A DNA stretch of 64,000 nt from Macrostomum lignano (Eukaryota), in contig NIVC01001771.1 of the NCBI GenBank assembly GCA_002269645.1, forward strand, positions 124,001-188,000, read 5' to 3'. The translations under genes were made by a program, and so were the position numbers. The notes under the pieces are model-generated. The model was not told the DNA's origin, searched no databases, and saw only the letters and a program-made list of their open reading frames with translations. Positions 44,645-64,000 of the stretch are shown one piece after another (the first letter of the stretch is position 1; every line of letters begins with the position of its first letter).

Positions 44645-45085
44645 TTGGTTGCCTAGTAACAGGGTTTGATGGATAGCAACAAGGTATGGTTGCCTAGTAA
44701 CAGGATTTGATAGCACAGCAACAAGATATGGTTGCCTAGTAACAGGGTTTGATGGCATAACAACAAAGTTTGGTTACCTAGTAACACTGTTTGGTGGCAT
44801 AGCAACAAGGTTTGGTTGCCTAGTAACAAGGTTTGGTGGCACAGCAACAAGGTTTGGTTGCCTAGTAACAGGGTTTGGTAGCATAGCAACAAGGTTTGGT
44901 TGCCTAGTAACAGGGTTTGGTAGCATAGCAACAAGGTTTGGTTGCCTAGTAACAGGGGTTGACGAAATAGCAACAAGGTTTGGTTGCCTAATAATTGGAG
45001 CTGGTTGCATAGTAACGGGATTTGATTGCATAGCAACAAGGTTTGATTGCCTAGTTACAAGGTTTGGTAGCATAGCAACAAGGTA
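44645..45085. repeat. 42-bp (2x21) minisatellite
   Basis: catagcaacaaggtttggttgcctagtaacagggtttggtgg, ~10 copies. Confidence 0.93.
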
Positions 45086-45190
45086 ATATTTCACAGTAGC
45101 AAGTTTCAACCGCGCGCAGCTGAGCCGAATGCAGGCGCCAGGATATCTCGTGTTGAAACTCTGGCTGCATGACTACTCCAATTAATAAAT

Positions 45191-50241
<5,051 letters not shown>

Positions 50242-51009
50242 TGTCTGCTAATATGGTTTTACTTTCAAGAGCACAGAAAGAGAAACACGTATTTTTCTAC
50301 TAAAATCGAATTTACACTTTTTTTAATGTTTTCCAGCCGCTTAAAGACAAGCGAAATTATGGGTGACATTTATTTAAAAAGAGTGGGCGCAGAGATAGCG
50401 GCGTGCTGATTAACCTTAAGTGGGACACGTGACTTTCACCTCTGACGTACCGATTAAGGTGAGAAGTGTCGCTTGCACCTTATACCAGTTGGCGATAAAA
50501 TTGGTCAAGACTCAAAGCGATGTCACTTGCTGGGCCTGGCATGCAGCCAAGTGCCACCAGTTAGATTTAATCTCTAGATATCTTGTTATTTTCATATTTT
50601 TAGGATATATATTTTTTGCTTGATACAGAGGTCCGTATGCACTGGGACTCTCGGGTGCAAATGCTTCTAGTTGACCTGCTGGGGTCAGTCAATTAAAAAA
50701 GCACAAGCCCTGACTTATCTCAGCAGGTGTTGTCAGGTAACTGAAGACAGCAACAGGAAAGCAAAAGGCTTTTTATCTGGTGCTGCAAATTCAATAAGTT
50801 GGAATTGCATTTTGCTTTGATTGCTCGTGTATTTGACTCGTACTTGAAAAACACTCTTTCAGACAGTCTTTGTAAACTTAATTTTTGTCAGGAAATCATT
50901 GCGTCTTTTGCAGCTAAACTATTGCGGTCGCTTCGGTCCATATCTAGTGCTCATCATATCGCTTTGCCTACTAATGAGGCTGAGAATCCCGTGACTGGAA
51001 GTCACTGAA

Positions 51010-51925
51010 CACTGTGGGGATCTGTGGGGAACAGGGATCTGAGAGGAACAGGGATCTGTGGGGAACAGGGATCTGTGGGGAACAGGGATCTGTGGGAAAC
51101 GTGAGAATTTAGAATCCGATCAAACAGAGCATCATCGGAAAAAACACAGAAAAATAGGGATCTGAGGAATAGGGATCTGAGGAATGGGGATCTGGGGAAT
51201 GGGGATCTGGGGAATGGGGACCTGGGGAATGGGGATCTGGGGAATGGGGATCTGGGGAATGGGGATCTAGGGAATGGGGATCTGGGGAATGGGGATCTGG
51301 GGAATGGGGATCTGGGGAATGGGGATCTGGGGAATGGGGATCTGGGGAATGGGGATCTGGGGAATGGGGATCTGGGGAATGGGGATCTGGGGAATGGGGA
51401 TCTGGGGAATAGGGATCTGGGGAATAGGGATCAGAGGAATAGGGATCTGAGGAATAGGGATCAGAGGAATAGGGATCTGAGGAATAGGGATCTGAGGAAT
51501 AGGGATCTGAGGAATAGGGATCTGAGGAATAGGGATCTAAGGAATAGGGATCCAAGGAATAGGGATCTGAGGATTAGTGATCTGAGGAATAAGGATCTGA
51601 GGAATAGGGATCTGGAGAATATGGATCTGAGGAATATGGATCTGAGGAATAGGGATCTGAGGAATAAGGATCTGAGGAATAGGGATCTGAGGAATAAGGA
51701 TCTGAGGAATGGGGATCTGAGGAATGTGGATCTGGGGAATATGGATCTGGGGAATAGGGATCTGAGGAATAGGGATCTGAGGAATAGGGATCTGAGGAAT
51801 AGGGATCTGAGGAGTAGGGATCTGAAGAATGGGGATCTGAGGAATGTGGATCTGGGGAATATGGATCTGGGGAATAGGGATCTGAGGAGTAGGGATCTGA
51901 GGAATAAGAAATCCAGGTCCGAATG
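51010..51925. repeat. 15-bp G-rich minisatellite (ggggaatggggatct and gaggaatagggatct variants)
   Basis: Direct inspection; same family as 53415-55670. Confidence 0.95.
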
Positions 51926-51969
51926 AAACCAGCCTACTCAAAACACTTCCGGTGAGGAGGATGAACCAC

Positions 51970-54900
51970 CTATTCCCTATCGGATCTCCCACCAGCGACA
52001 TTATCTAAGCGCAGTTCTCCACCGAAGGAGCCGCAGCAGCAGAGGCAGCCACGGCCGGCGAAGATTTCCTTAAACTCCGGCAGGCGGATGAAGTACAGCA
52101 GCCAGTTGGTGCCGCACTGCCAGTAGAACAGCCAGTTGAGCACATTTGCCAGGCTGAACAGCATCCCAGTCACCGCGGCTGTGTGCTCATTTGCTGGCCA
52201 GGTGAGCTGCACGACTGTGATGGAGAAGAAGCAGACAGCCCTAGGCAGGGCGCACGCCAGGTAATAGCAGCCGGCAGCAACCAGCGTGACAGCGCTGCGG
52301 GCCTCCTGGCTGGACGGCGCGAGGCCGCGGCCGGGTTTGATGCGGCAGATCTTGACAGCCAGCAGGCAGTTGCAGAGCAGCATGAGCAGGCTGGCAAAGA
52401 CTCCGTTGATCACAAAGTTGGTGTACGCCTGCAGAACGCTGCGCAGCAGCACGCTGGGCAGGGTCGAATAGTAGCAGACCGGCCGACCGGCGTAGGTGAA
52501 CGCGTCGAATATGAACGCCGAGTGCACCGAGCCGCCGAGCATGACGGCCAGAGTGGCCAGCAACACGGTCAGGTACACCTGGCGGGTCATGCGGACTCGG
52601 TGGTAGAACGGCGTCATCAGGGCCAGCACGCGGTCCACAGCCAGCAGGCAAAGCAGATTGGTGGAGCTGAAAGTACCGAATGTCCAGAACAGGCCGTACA
52701 CTTTGCACAGCACTCTGTCGGTCTTGTGCGGCCCGGTGAAGCCGGGCAGCAGGCTGGCCAGGCCCTCGCTTAGAAGCTCGTCGCCAACGACGCTTTGGAG
52801 TGTTGGAAATTATTTTTAAAATGATTAGATCAGCTTTTTAAAAATTCAAGGTGCAGAAATGAATGCATGGATATAAATTTGGATTTAAACATGAAATTTT
52901 TTGGGACTAATTGACGCTATAATGGGACTAAATGGTGATAAAATGGGACTAAATGGTGATAAAATGGGACTAAATGGTGATAAAATGGGACTAACTGGCG
53001 ATAAAATGGGACTAATTGGAGATAAAATGGGACTAATTGGAGATAAAATGGGACTAATTGGAGATAAAATGGGACTAATTGAAGATAAAATGGGACTAAT
53101 TGAAGATAAAATGGGACTAAATGGCGCTAAAACGAGATTAGCAGGTCGCCGCCCTCACCGGACCAGCACAACCAGAGTATCGCAGGCCGTGATGGCGAAC
53201 AGCACGATGTCCTTGCCCTTGATCTGGCGCCAGTTGCGCCACAGCACGGTGAACACCAGCGCGAAACCCACAAAGCCGAAGGCGGCTACCAGGGGGCTGA
53301 AGTACAAGCTCAGCACAGCGTGCACTCGGTTCAGAGCCGAGGCGGTCTCGCGGAGGCCGCTCCAGGAATCTTCGCCTGCCGGGTACGGATTTTCCTTGCG
53401 TAGCTTAGCGACTTGATATGGGGATCTGAGGAATGGGGATCTGGGGAATGGGGATCTGGGGAATGGGGATCTGGGGAATGGGGATCTGGGGAATGGGGAT
53501 CTGGGGAATGGGGATCTGGGGAATGGGGATCTGGGGAATGGGGATCTGGGGAATGGAGATCTGGGGAATGGGGATCTGGGGAATGGGGATCTGGGGAATG
53601 GGGATCTGGGGAATGGGGATCTGGGGAATGGGGATCTGGGGAATGGGGATCTGGGGAATGGGGATCTGGGAATGGGGATCTGGGGAATGGGGATCTGGGA
53701 ATGGGGATCTGGGGAATGGGGATCTGGGGAATGGGGATCTGGGGAATGGGGATCTGGGGAATGGGGATCTGGGGAATGGGGATCTGGGGAATGGGGATCT
53801 GGGGAATGGGGATCTGGGGAATGGGGATCTGGGGAATGGGGATCTGGGGAATGGGGATCTGGGAATGGGGATCTGGGGAATGGGGATCTGGGGAATGGGG
53901 ATCTGGGGAATGGGGATCTGGGGAATGGGGATCTGGGGAATGGGGATCTGGGGAATGGGGATCTGGGGAATGGGGATCTGGGGAATGGGGATCTGGGGAA
54001 TGGGGATCTGGGGAATGGGGATCTGGGGAATGGGGATCTGGGGAATGGGGATCTGGGGAATGGGGATCTGGGGAATGGGGATCTGGGGAATGGGGATCTG
54101 GGGAATGGGGATCTGGGGAATGGGGATCTGGGGAATGGGGATCTGGGGAATGGGGATCTGGGGAATGGGGATCTGGGGAATGGGGATCTGGGAATGGGGA
54201 TCTGGGGAATGGGGATCTGGGGAATGGGGATCTGGGGAATGGGGATCTGGGGAATGGGGATCTGGGGAATGGGGATCTGGGGAATGGGGATCTGGGGAAT
54301 GGGGATCTGGGGAATGGGGATCTGGGGAATGGGGATCTGGGGAATGGGGATCTGGGAATGGGGATCTGGGGAATGGGGATCTGGGGAATGGGGATCTGGG
54401 GAATGGGGATCTGGGGAATGGGGATCTGGGGAATGGGGATCTGGGGAATGGGGATCTGGGGAATGGGGATCTGGGGAATGGGGATCTGGGGAATGGGGAT
54501 CTGGGGAATGGGGATCTGGGAATGGGGATCTGGGGAATGGGGATCTGGGGAATGGGGATCTGGGGAATGGGGATCTGGGGAATGGGGATCTGGGGAATGG
54601 GGATCTGGGGAATGGGGATCTGGGAATGGGGATCTGGGGAATGGGGATCTGGGGAATGGGGATCTGGGGAATGGGGATCTGGGGAATGGGGATCTGGGGA
54701 ATGGGGATCTGGGGAATGGGGATCTGGGGAATGGGGATCTGGGGAATGGGGATCTGGGGAATGGGGATCTGGGGAATGGGGATCTGGGGAATGGGGATCT
54801 GGGGAATGGGGATCTGGGGAATGGGGATCTGGGGAATGGGGATCTGGGGAATGGGGATCTGGGGAATGGGGATCTGGGGAATGGGGATCTGGGGAATGGG

Positions 54901-55854
54901 GATCTGGGGAATGGGGATCTGGGGAATGGGGATCTGGGGAATGGGGATCTGGGGAATGGGGATCTGGGGAATGGGGATCTGGGGAATGGGGATCTGGGGA
55001 ATGGGGATCTGGGGAATGGGGATCTGGGGAATGGGGATCTGGGGAATGGGGATCTGGGAATGGGGATCTGGGGAATGGGGATCTGGGGAATGGGGATCTG
55101 GGGAATGGGGATCTGGGGAATGGGGATCTGGGGAATGGGGATCTGGGGAATGGGGATCTGGGGAATGGGGATCTGGGGAATGGGGATCTGGGGAATGGGG
55201 ATCTGGGGAATGGGGATCTGGGAATGGGGATCTGGGAATGGGGATCTGAGGAATGGGGATCTGGGGAATGGGGATCTGGGGAATAGGGATCTGGGGAATA
55301 GGGATCAGAGGAATAGGGATCTGAGGAATAGGGATCTGAGGAATAGGGATCAGAGGAATAGGGATCTGGGGAATGGGGATCTGGGGAATGGGGATCTGGG
55401 GAATGGGGATCTGGGGAATGGGGATCTGGGGAATGGGGATCTGGGGAATGGGGATCTGGGGAATGGGGATCTGGGGAATGGGGATCTGGGGAATGGGGAT
55501 CTGGGGAATGGGGATCTGGGGAATGGGGATCTGGGGAATGGGGATCTGGGGAATGGGGATCTGGGGAATGGGGATCTGGGGAATGGGGATCTGGGGAATG
55601 GGGATCTGGGGAATGGGGATCTGGGGAATGGGGATCTGGGGAATGGGGATCTGGGAATGGGGATCTGGGAAATAATAGGAACCTAAGTATTAAGACTCTG
55701 TCCTAGTGAATTAAGATCTGGATTTGGGAACAGGGATCCCTGGGATGCGGGATCAAGTTTGTGGCTGTCAATGACCCTCGAATTGCAGTAATTAATGTTC
55801 CTCTGAAAAAACTTAAACCAGCGCTCAATGCAGCTCACCTGACTTGTTAGACAT
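51970..55854 (-). CDS. Divergent class A orphan GPCR, ~363 aa; exons 55839-55854, 53159-53411, 51970-52792
   Basis: The micro-exon MSNKS (N-glycosylation sequon) has a phase-1 GTGAGC donor, followed by a phase-2 join CG|C. Seven hydrophobic segments, TM3 LCKVY...AVDRV, ECL2 PVCYY, TM6 CALP and TM7 TNWLLY. Confidence 0.85.
52900..53125. repeat. 21-bp minisatellite (gataaaatgggactaattgga)n
   Basis: ~10 copies in intron 52793-53158. Confidence 0.95.
53415..55670. repeat. 15-bp G-rich minisatellite (ggggaatggggatct)n, ~150 copies
   Basis: Nearly homogeneous array with occasional 14-bp units; it fills GPCR intron 1. Confidence 0.98.
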
Positions 55855-56104
55855 TTCTTCCCTATCCGGCTGGGTAGCCCAAGTGGGTCGGCCGATCTTG
55901 CAGAGACAACTAAGACTGAATTTATGAATAAATTGAGTTTTTGATGATGAATAGAGGCTGAACCAACCGACTCGGGATTGGCTGTCGCTTTTTTAATTCA
56001 CTTTTTATAATCTCCCCGCCATGGTCAGCCAAAGCAGGATGCTGCAACTTGGCCGGATTTCGCTGCATCGGCGAGGCAGGAAGTTTTCAGTTTTTGATTT
56101 GATT

Positions 56105-56697
56105 TAGAATGAGTCATTCAGGATCTGGGATTTAAGAATGAGTCATTCAGGATCTTGGATTTAAGAATGAGTCATTCAGGATCTGGGATTTAAGAATGAG
56201 TCATTCAGGATCTGGGATTTAAGAATGAGTCATTCAGGATCTGGGATTTAAGAATGAGTCATTCAGGATCTGGGATTTAAGAATGAGTCATTCAGGATCT
56301 TGGATTTAAGAATGAGTCATTCAGGATCTGGGATTTAAGAATGAGTCATTCAGGATCTGGGATTTAAGAATGAGTCATTCAGGATCTGGGATTTAAGAAT
56401 GAGTCATTCAGGATCTGGGATTTAAGAATGAGTCATTCAGGATCTGGGATTTAAGAATGAGTCATTTAGGATCTTGGATTCAAGAATGAGTCATTCGGGA
56501 TCTGGGATTTAAGAATGAGTCATTCAGGATCTGGGATTTAAGAATGAGTCATTCAGGATCTGGGATTTAAGAATGAGTCATTTAGGATCTTGGATTCAAG
56601 AATGAGTCATTCGGGATCTGGGATTTAAGAATGAGTCATTCGGGATCTGGGATTTAAGAATGAGTCATTCAGGATCTTGGATTAAGAATGAGTCATC
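56105..56697. repeat. 29-bp minisatellite (aagaatgagtcattcaggatctgggattt)n, ~20 copies
   Basis: Direct inspection; each unit contains TGAGTCA. Confidence 0.97.
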
Positions 56698-57749
56698 GAA
56701 ATGGGGGTAGAGGTTTCGTGTGGAGTCTGAGGATTTAAGCTTGGCTGGGGGGGGGTAAGAGCCAATAAATGAGCCTTGTCTTTAAAAAATACATAAAAAA
56801 TGCTTCAATTGAACTTGCAACTGAACTGAAAGTTCAGTTAACTAATTAATAGGGAAAGTTAAGTAATAGGGTTAACTAATACGCTTTGAGAACTTTATTA
56901 CTTTTCTGTCTGCCAACATCAGTTGGTAAAAAAAATATTGTTTTACTCTTTATGAAATCTCCATACACTTACTTGGAGCCCCTATAAGTGGGGAATAAGA
57001 GAACCTGTGCGAGACCTTTCATACACAGAAGATGAAGAAGATCGAAAGAGACAGACAAATCAAATCAAAAATGATGGCTGAAGCTGGGAGAGCGAAGACA
57101 CGGAGGATTCTGACTGAAATGGAAAGATTCTGTTTAATATGAAACTGAGTTTGTCTTAATTGAATTTCTGCAAGCCTTCTGCAGCACAGACATGCACAGC
57201 GCAGCGAATTCTGCTTTGGCTGACGTCCTTGATGGATGTTTGAGAGCCTCTCAGTAAATATTATTTTCTCTTTAATCATAACTGGTGCATAAACAATTAC
57301 GAGTATTTATTATAACAGTACAACAGCAGTTTTTAGAGTCCTTGTGGCAATTTGCATTCAGCCCGGCACGCTTCACAGAAAGCAGCTTTGAACAGCTTTG
57401 TTTTTTAGTTCAATGCACGCGCCAGATCAAATTTTTCTCAGGTTTAAAAAGCATGAAATACTACTGAATTCAAGATTGACAGTTGTTATAATTAAAGTGG
57501 CAAAATTTAAACCATACCCAGTTGACAGTATCAGTAGAATGGGATAGATACTTAGTCTAATAGGATTGCATAGGATAGGATAAGAGGATGCATATTTTGA
57601 ATAGAACAACACAGAGGCGGAGCGCAGTTGTATTTAAATACAGGCGTGAGAACGCGGATGCCAACAGCCGAAATCTGCTTGCAGGACAAATTAGCCCCAC
57701 ACAGAAACACGCTGGCTGTATGGCTTTTTTACTTTGATACCAAACAGCC

Positions 57750-58751
57750 AATCAGCTATTTAACCAATCAATCAGCTATTTAATCAATCAATCAGCTATT
57801 TAATCAATCAATCAGCTATTTAACCAATGAATCAGCTAGTTAATCAATCAATCAGCTATTTAATCAATCAATCAGCTAGTTAATCAATCAATCAGCTATT
57901 TAATCAATCAATCAGCTATTTAATCAATCAATCAGCTAGTTAATCAATCAGTCAGCTATTTAACCAATCAATCAGCTAGTTAATCAATCAGTCAGCTATT
58001 TAATCAATCAATCAGCTATTTAATCAATCAATCAGCTATTTAACCAATGAATCAGCTAGTTAATCAATCAATCAGCTATTTAATCAATCAATCAGCTAGT
58101 TAATCAATCAATCAGCTATTTAATCAATCAATCAGCTATTTAATCAATCAATCAGCTATTTAATCAATCAATCAGCTATTTAATCAATCAATCAGCTAGT
58201 TAATCAATCAATCAGCTAGTTAATCAATCAATCAGCTAGTTAATCAATCAATCAGCTAGTTAATCAATCAATCCGCTAGTTAATCAATCAATCAGCTATT
58301 TAATCAATCAATCCGCTAGTTAATCAATCAATCAGCTATTTAATCAATCAATCAGCTAGTTAATCAATCAATCAGCTAGTTAATCAATCAATCAGCTAGT
58401 TAATCAATCAGTCAGCTAGTTAGTCAATCAATCAGCTATTTAATCAATCAATCAACTAGTTAATCAATCAATCAGCTAGTTAGTCAATCAATCAGCTATT
58501 TAATCAATCAATCAACTAGTTAATCAATCAATCAGCTAGTTAATCAATCAATCAGCTAGTTAATCAATCAATCAGCTATTTAATCAATCAATCCGCTAGT
58601 TAATCAATCAATCAGCTAGTTAATCAATCAATCAGCTAGTTAATTAATCAATCAATCAGCTAGTAAACCAATCATTCAATCAATCAATCAACCAATAAAC
58701 CAGTCAATCAATGAATCAATCAATAAATCAAAAAATCAATCAGTCAATCAG

Positions 58752-58808
<57 letters not shown>

Positions 58809-58875
58809 CAATCAGTCAGCTAGCCAATCAATAAATCACTCAATCAATAAATCAATCAATCAATCAATCAGCTAG

Positions 58876-58908
<33 letters not shown>

Positions 58909-59007
58909 CAAACAATCAATCAGCTAGCTAATCAATAAATCACTAAATCAATCAATCAATCAATCAATCAAACAAACAATCAATCAGCTAGCTAATCAAT
59001 AAATCAC

Positions 59008-59048
<41 letters not shown>

Positions 59049-59187
59049 CAATCAGCTAGCCAATCAATCAATCAATCAATCAATCAAACAAACAATCAAT
59101 CAGCTAGCTAATCAATAAATCACTCAATCAATCAATCAATCAATCAATCAAACAAACAATCAATCAGCTAGCTAATCAATAAATCAC

Positions 59188-59230
<43 letters not shown>

Positions 59231-59250
59231 GCTAGCCAATCAATCAATCA
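57750..59250. repeat. 20-bp (taatcaatcaatcagctatt)n grading into (AATC)n
   Basis: Direct inspection. Confidence 0.96.
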
Positions 59251-59251
59251 C

Positions 59252-63569
<4,318 letters not shown>

Positions 63570-63679
63570 TAGCCGCTCCTTGAAATCGTTATAAGTATAG
63601 AGGCTTCTTTTGTTTGGATATGAGCTGCTTAGATATGAACTGAGTAGAGGGAGCAAATCAAAGACTATTCATAGGATAG

Positions 63680-64000
63680 GTAGCTAAGGGTGGTAGCTAA
63701 GGGTGGTAGCTAAGGATGGTAGCTAAGGGTGGTAGCTAAGGATGGTAGCTAAGGGTGGTAGCTAAGGATGGTAGCTAAGGGTGGTAGCTAAGGATGGTAG
63801 CTAAGGGTGGTAGCTAAGGATGGTAGCTAAGGGTTGTAGCTCAGGGTGATAGCTAAGGATGGTAGCTAAGGGTGGTAGCTAAGGATGGTAGCTAAGGATG
63901 GTAGCTAAGGGTGGTAGCTAAGGATGGTAGCTAAGGGTGGTAGCTAAGGATGGTAGCTAAGGGTGGTAGCTAAGGATGGTAGCTAAGGGTGGTAGCTCAG
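63680..64000. repeat. 13-bp minisatellite with alternating gggtggtagctaa / ggatggtagctaa units
   Basis: Direct inspection; runs off the window end. Confidence 0.97.

Noticed and set aside
53413-55686. 757/617/525-aa ORFs (WGSGE, NGDLG, MGIWG)
   Set aside because: All three frames are open because the 15-bp unit has no stop codon; the array lies in a phase-matched GPCR intron.
57019-57290. 86-aa ORF (RCACLCCRR, hydrophobic end) as an extra last exon of the 59252-63569 GPCR
   Set aside because: It needs a weak GTTGAG donor; the receptor already ends normally after helix 8 with CC, and the codon usage is AT-rich.

Overview
Eukaryotic, intron-containing animal DNA. GC-rich exons sit in AT-rich, repeat-filled introns. 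The style and the divergent peptide-type GPCRs suggest a free-living flatworm such as Macrostomum, but that is inference only. I assembled seven spliced or intronless genes by hand from phase-matched GT-AG sites: calmodulin (last exon outside the window), a divergent YY1/Pho-type zinc-finger gene, an unknown ~403-aa secreted precursor with many dibasic sites, an intronless divergent PP1-like phosphatase with a ~66-aa insertion, a Disabled-like PTB adaptor, and three class A GPCRs. There is also a 59-codon small ORF carrying a GADD34-like RVxF PP1-docking motif. About thirty distinct mini/microsatellite arrays are present, most of them in introns. Mobile elements: three copies of a tRNA-derived SINE (two with clear target-site duplications), a CORE-type SINE, an internally deleted long-TIR mariner, several MITEs and a probable Helitron. 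Most long ORFs in the supplied track are artefacts of tandem repeats. No CRISPR array, rRNA or intact tRNA gene was found. The best novelty candidates are the RVxF micropeptide, the divergent PP1 paralog and the secreted precursor.
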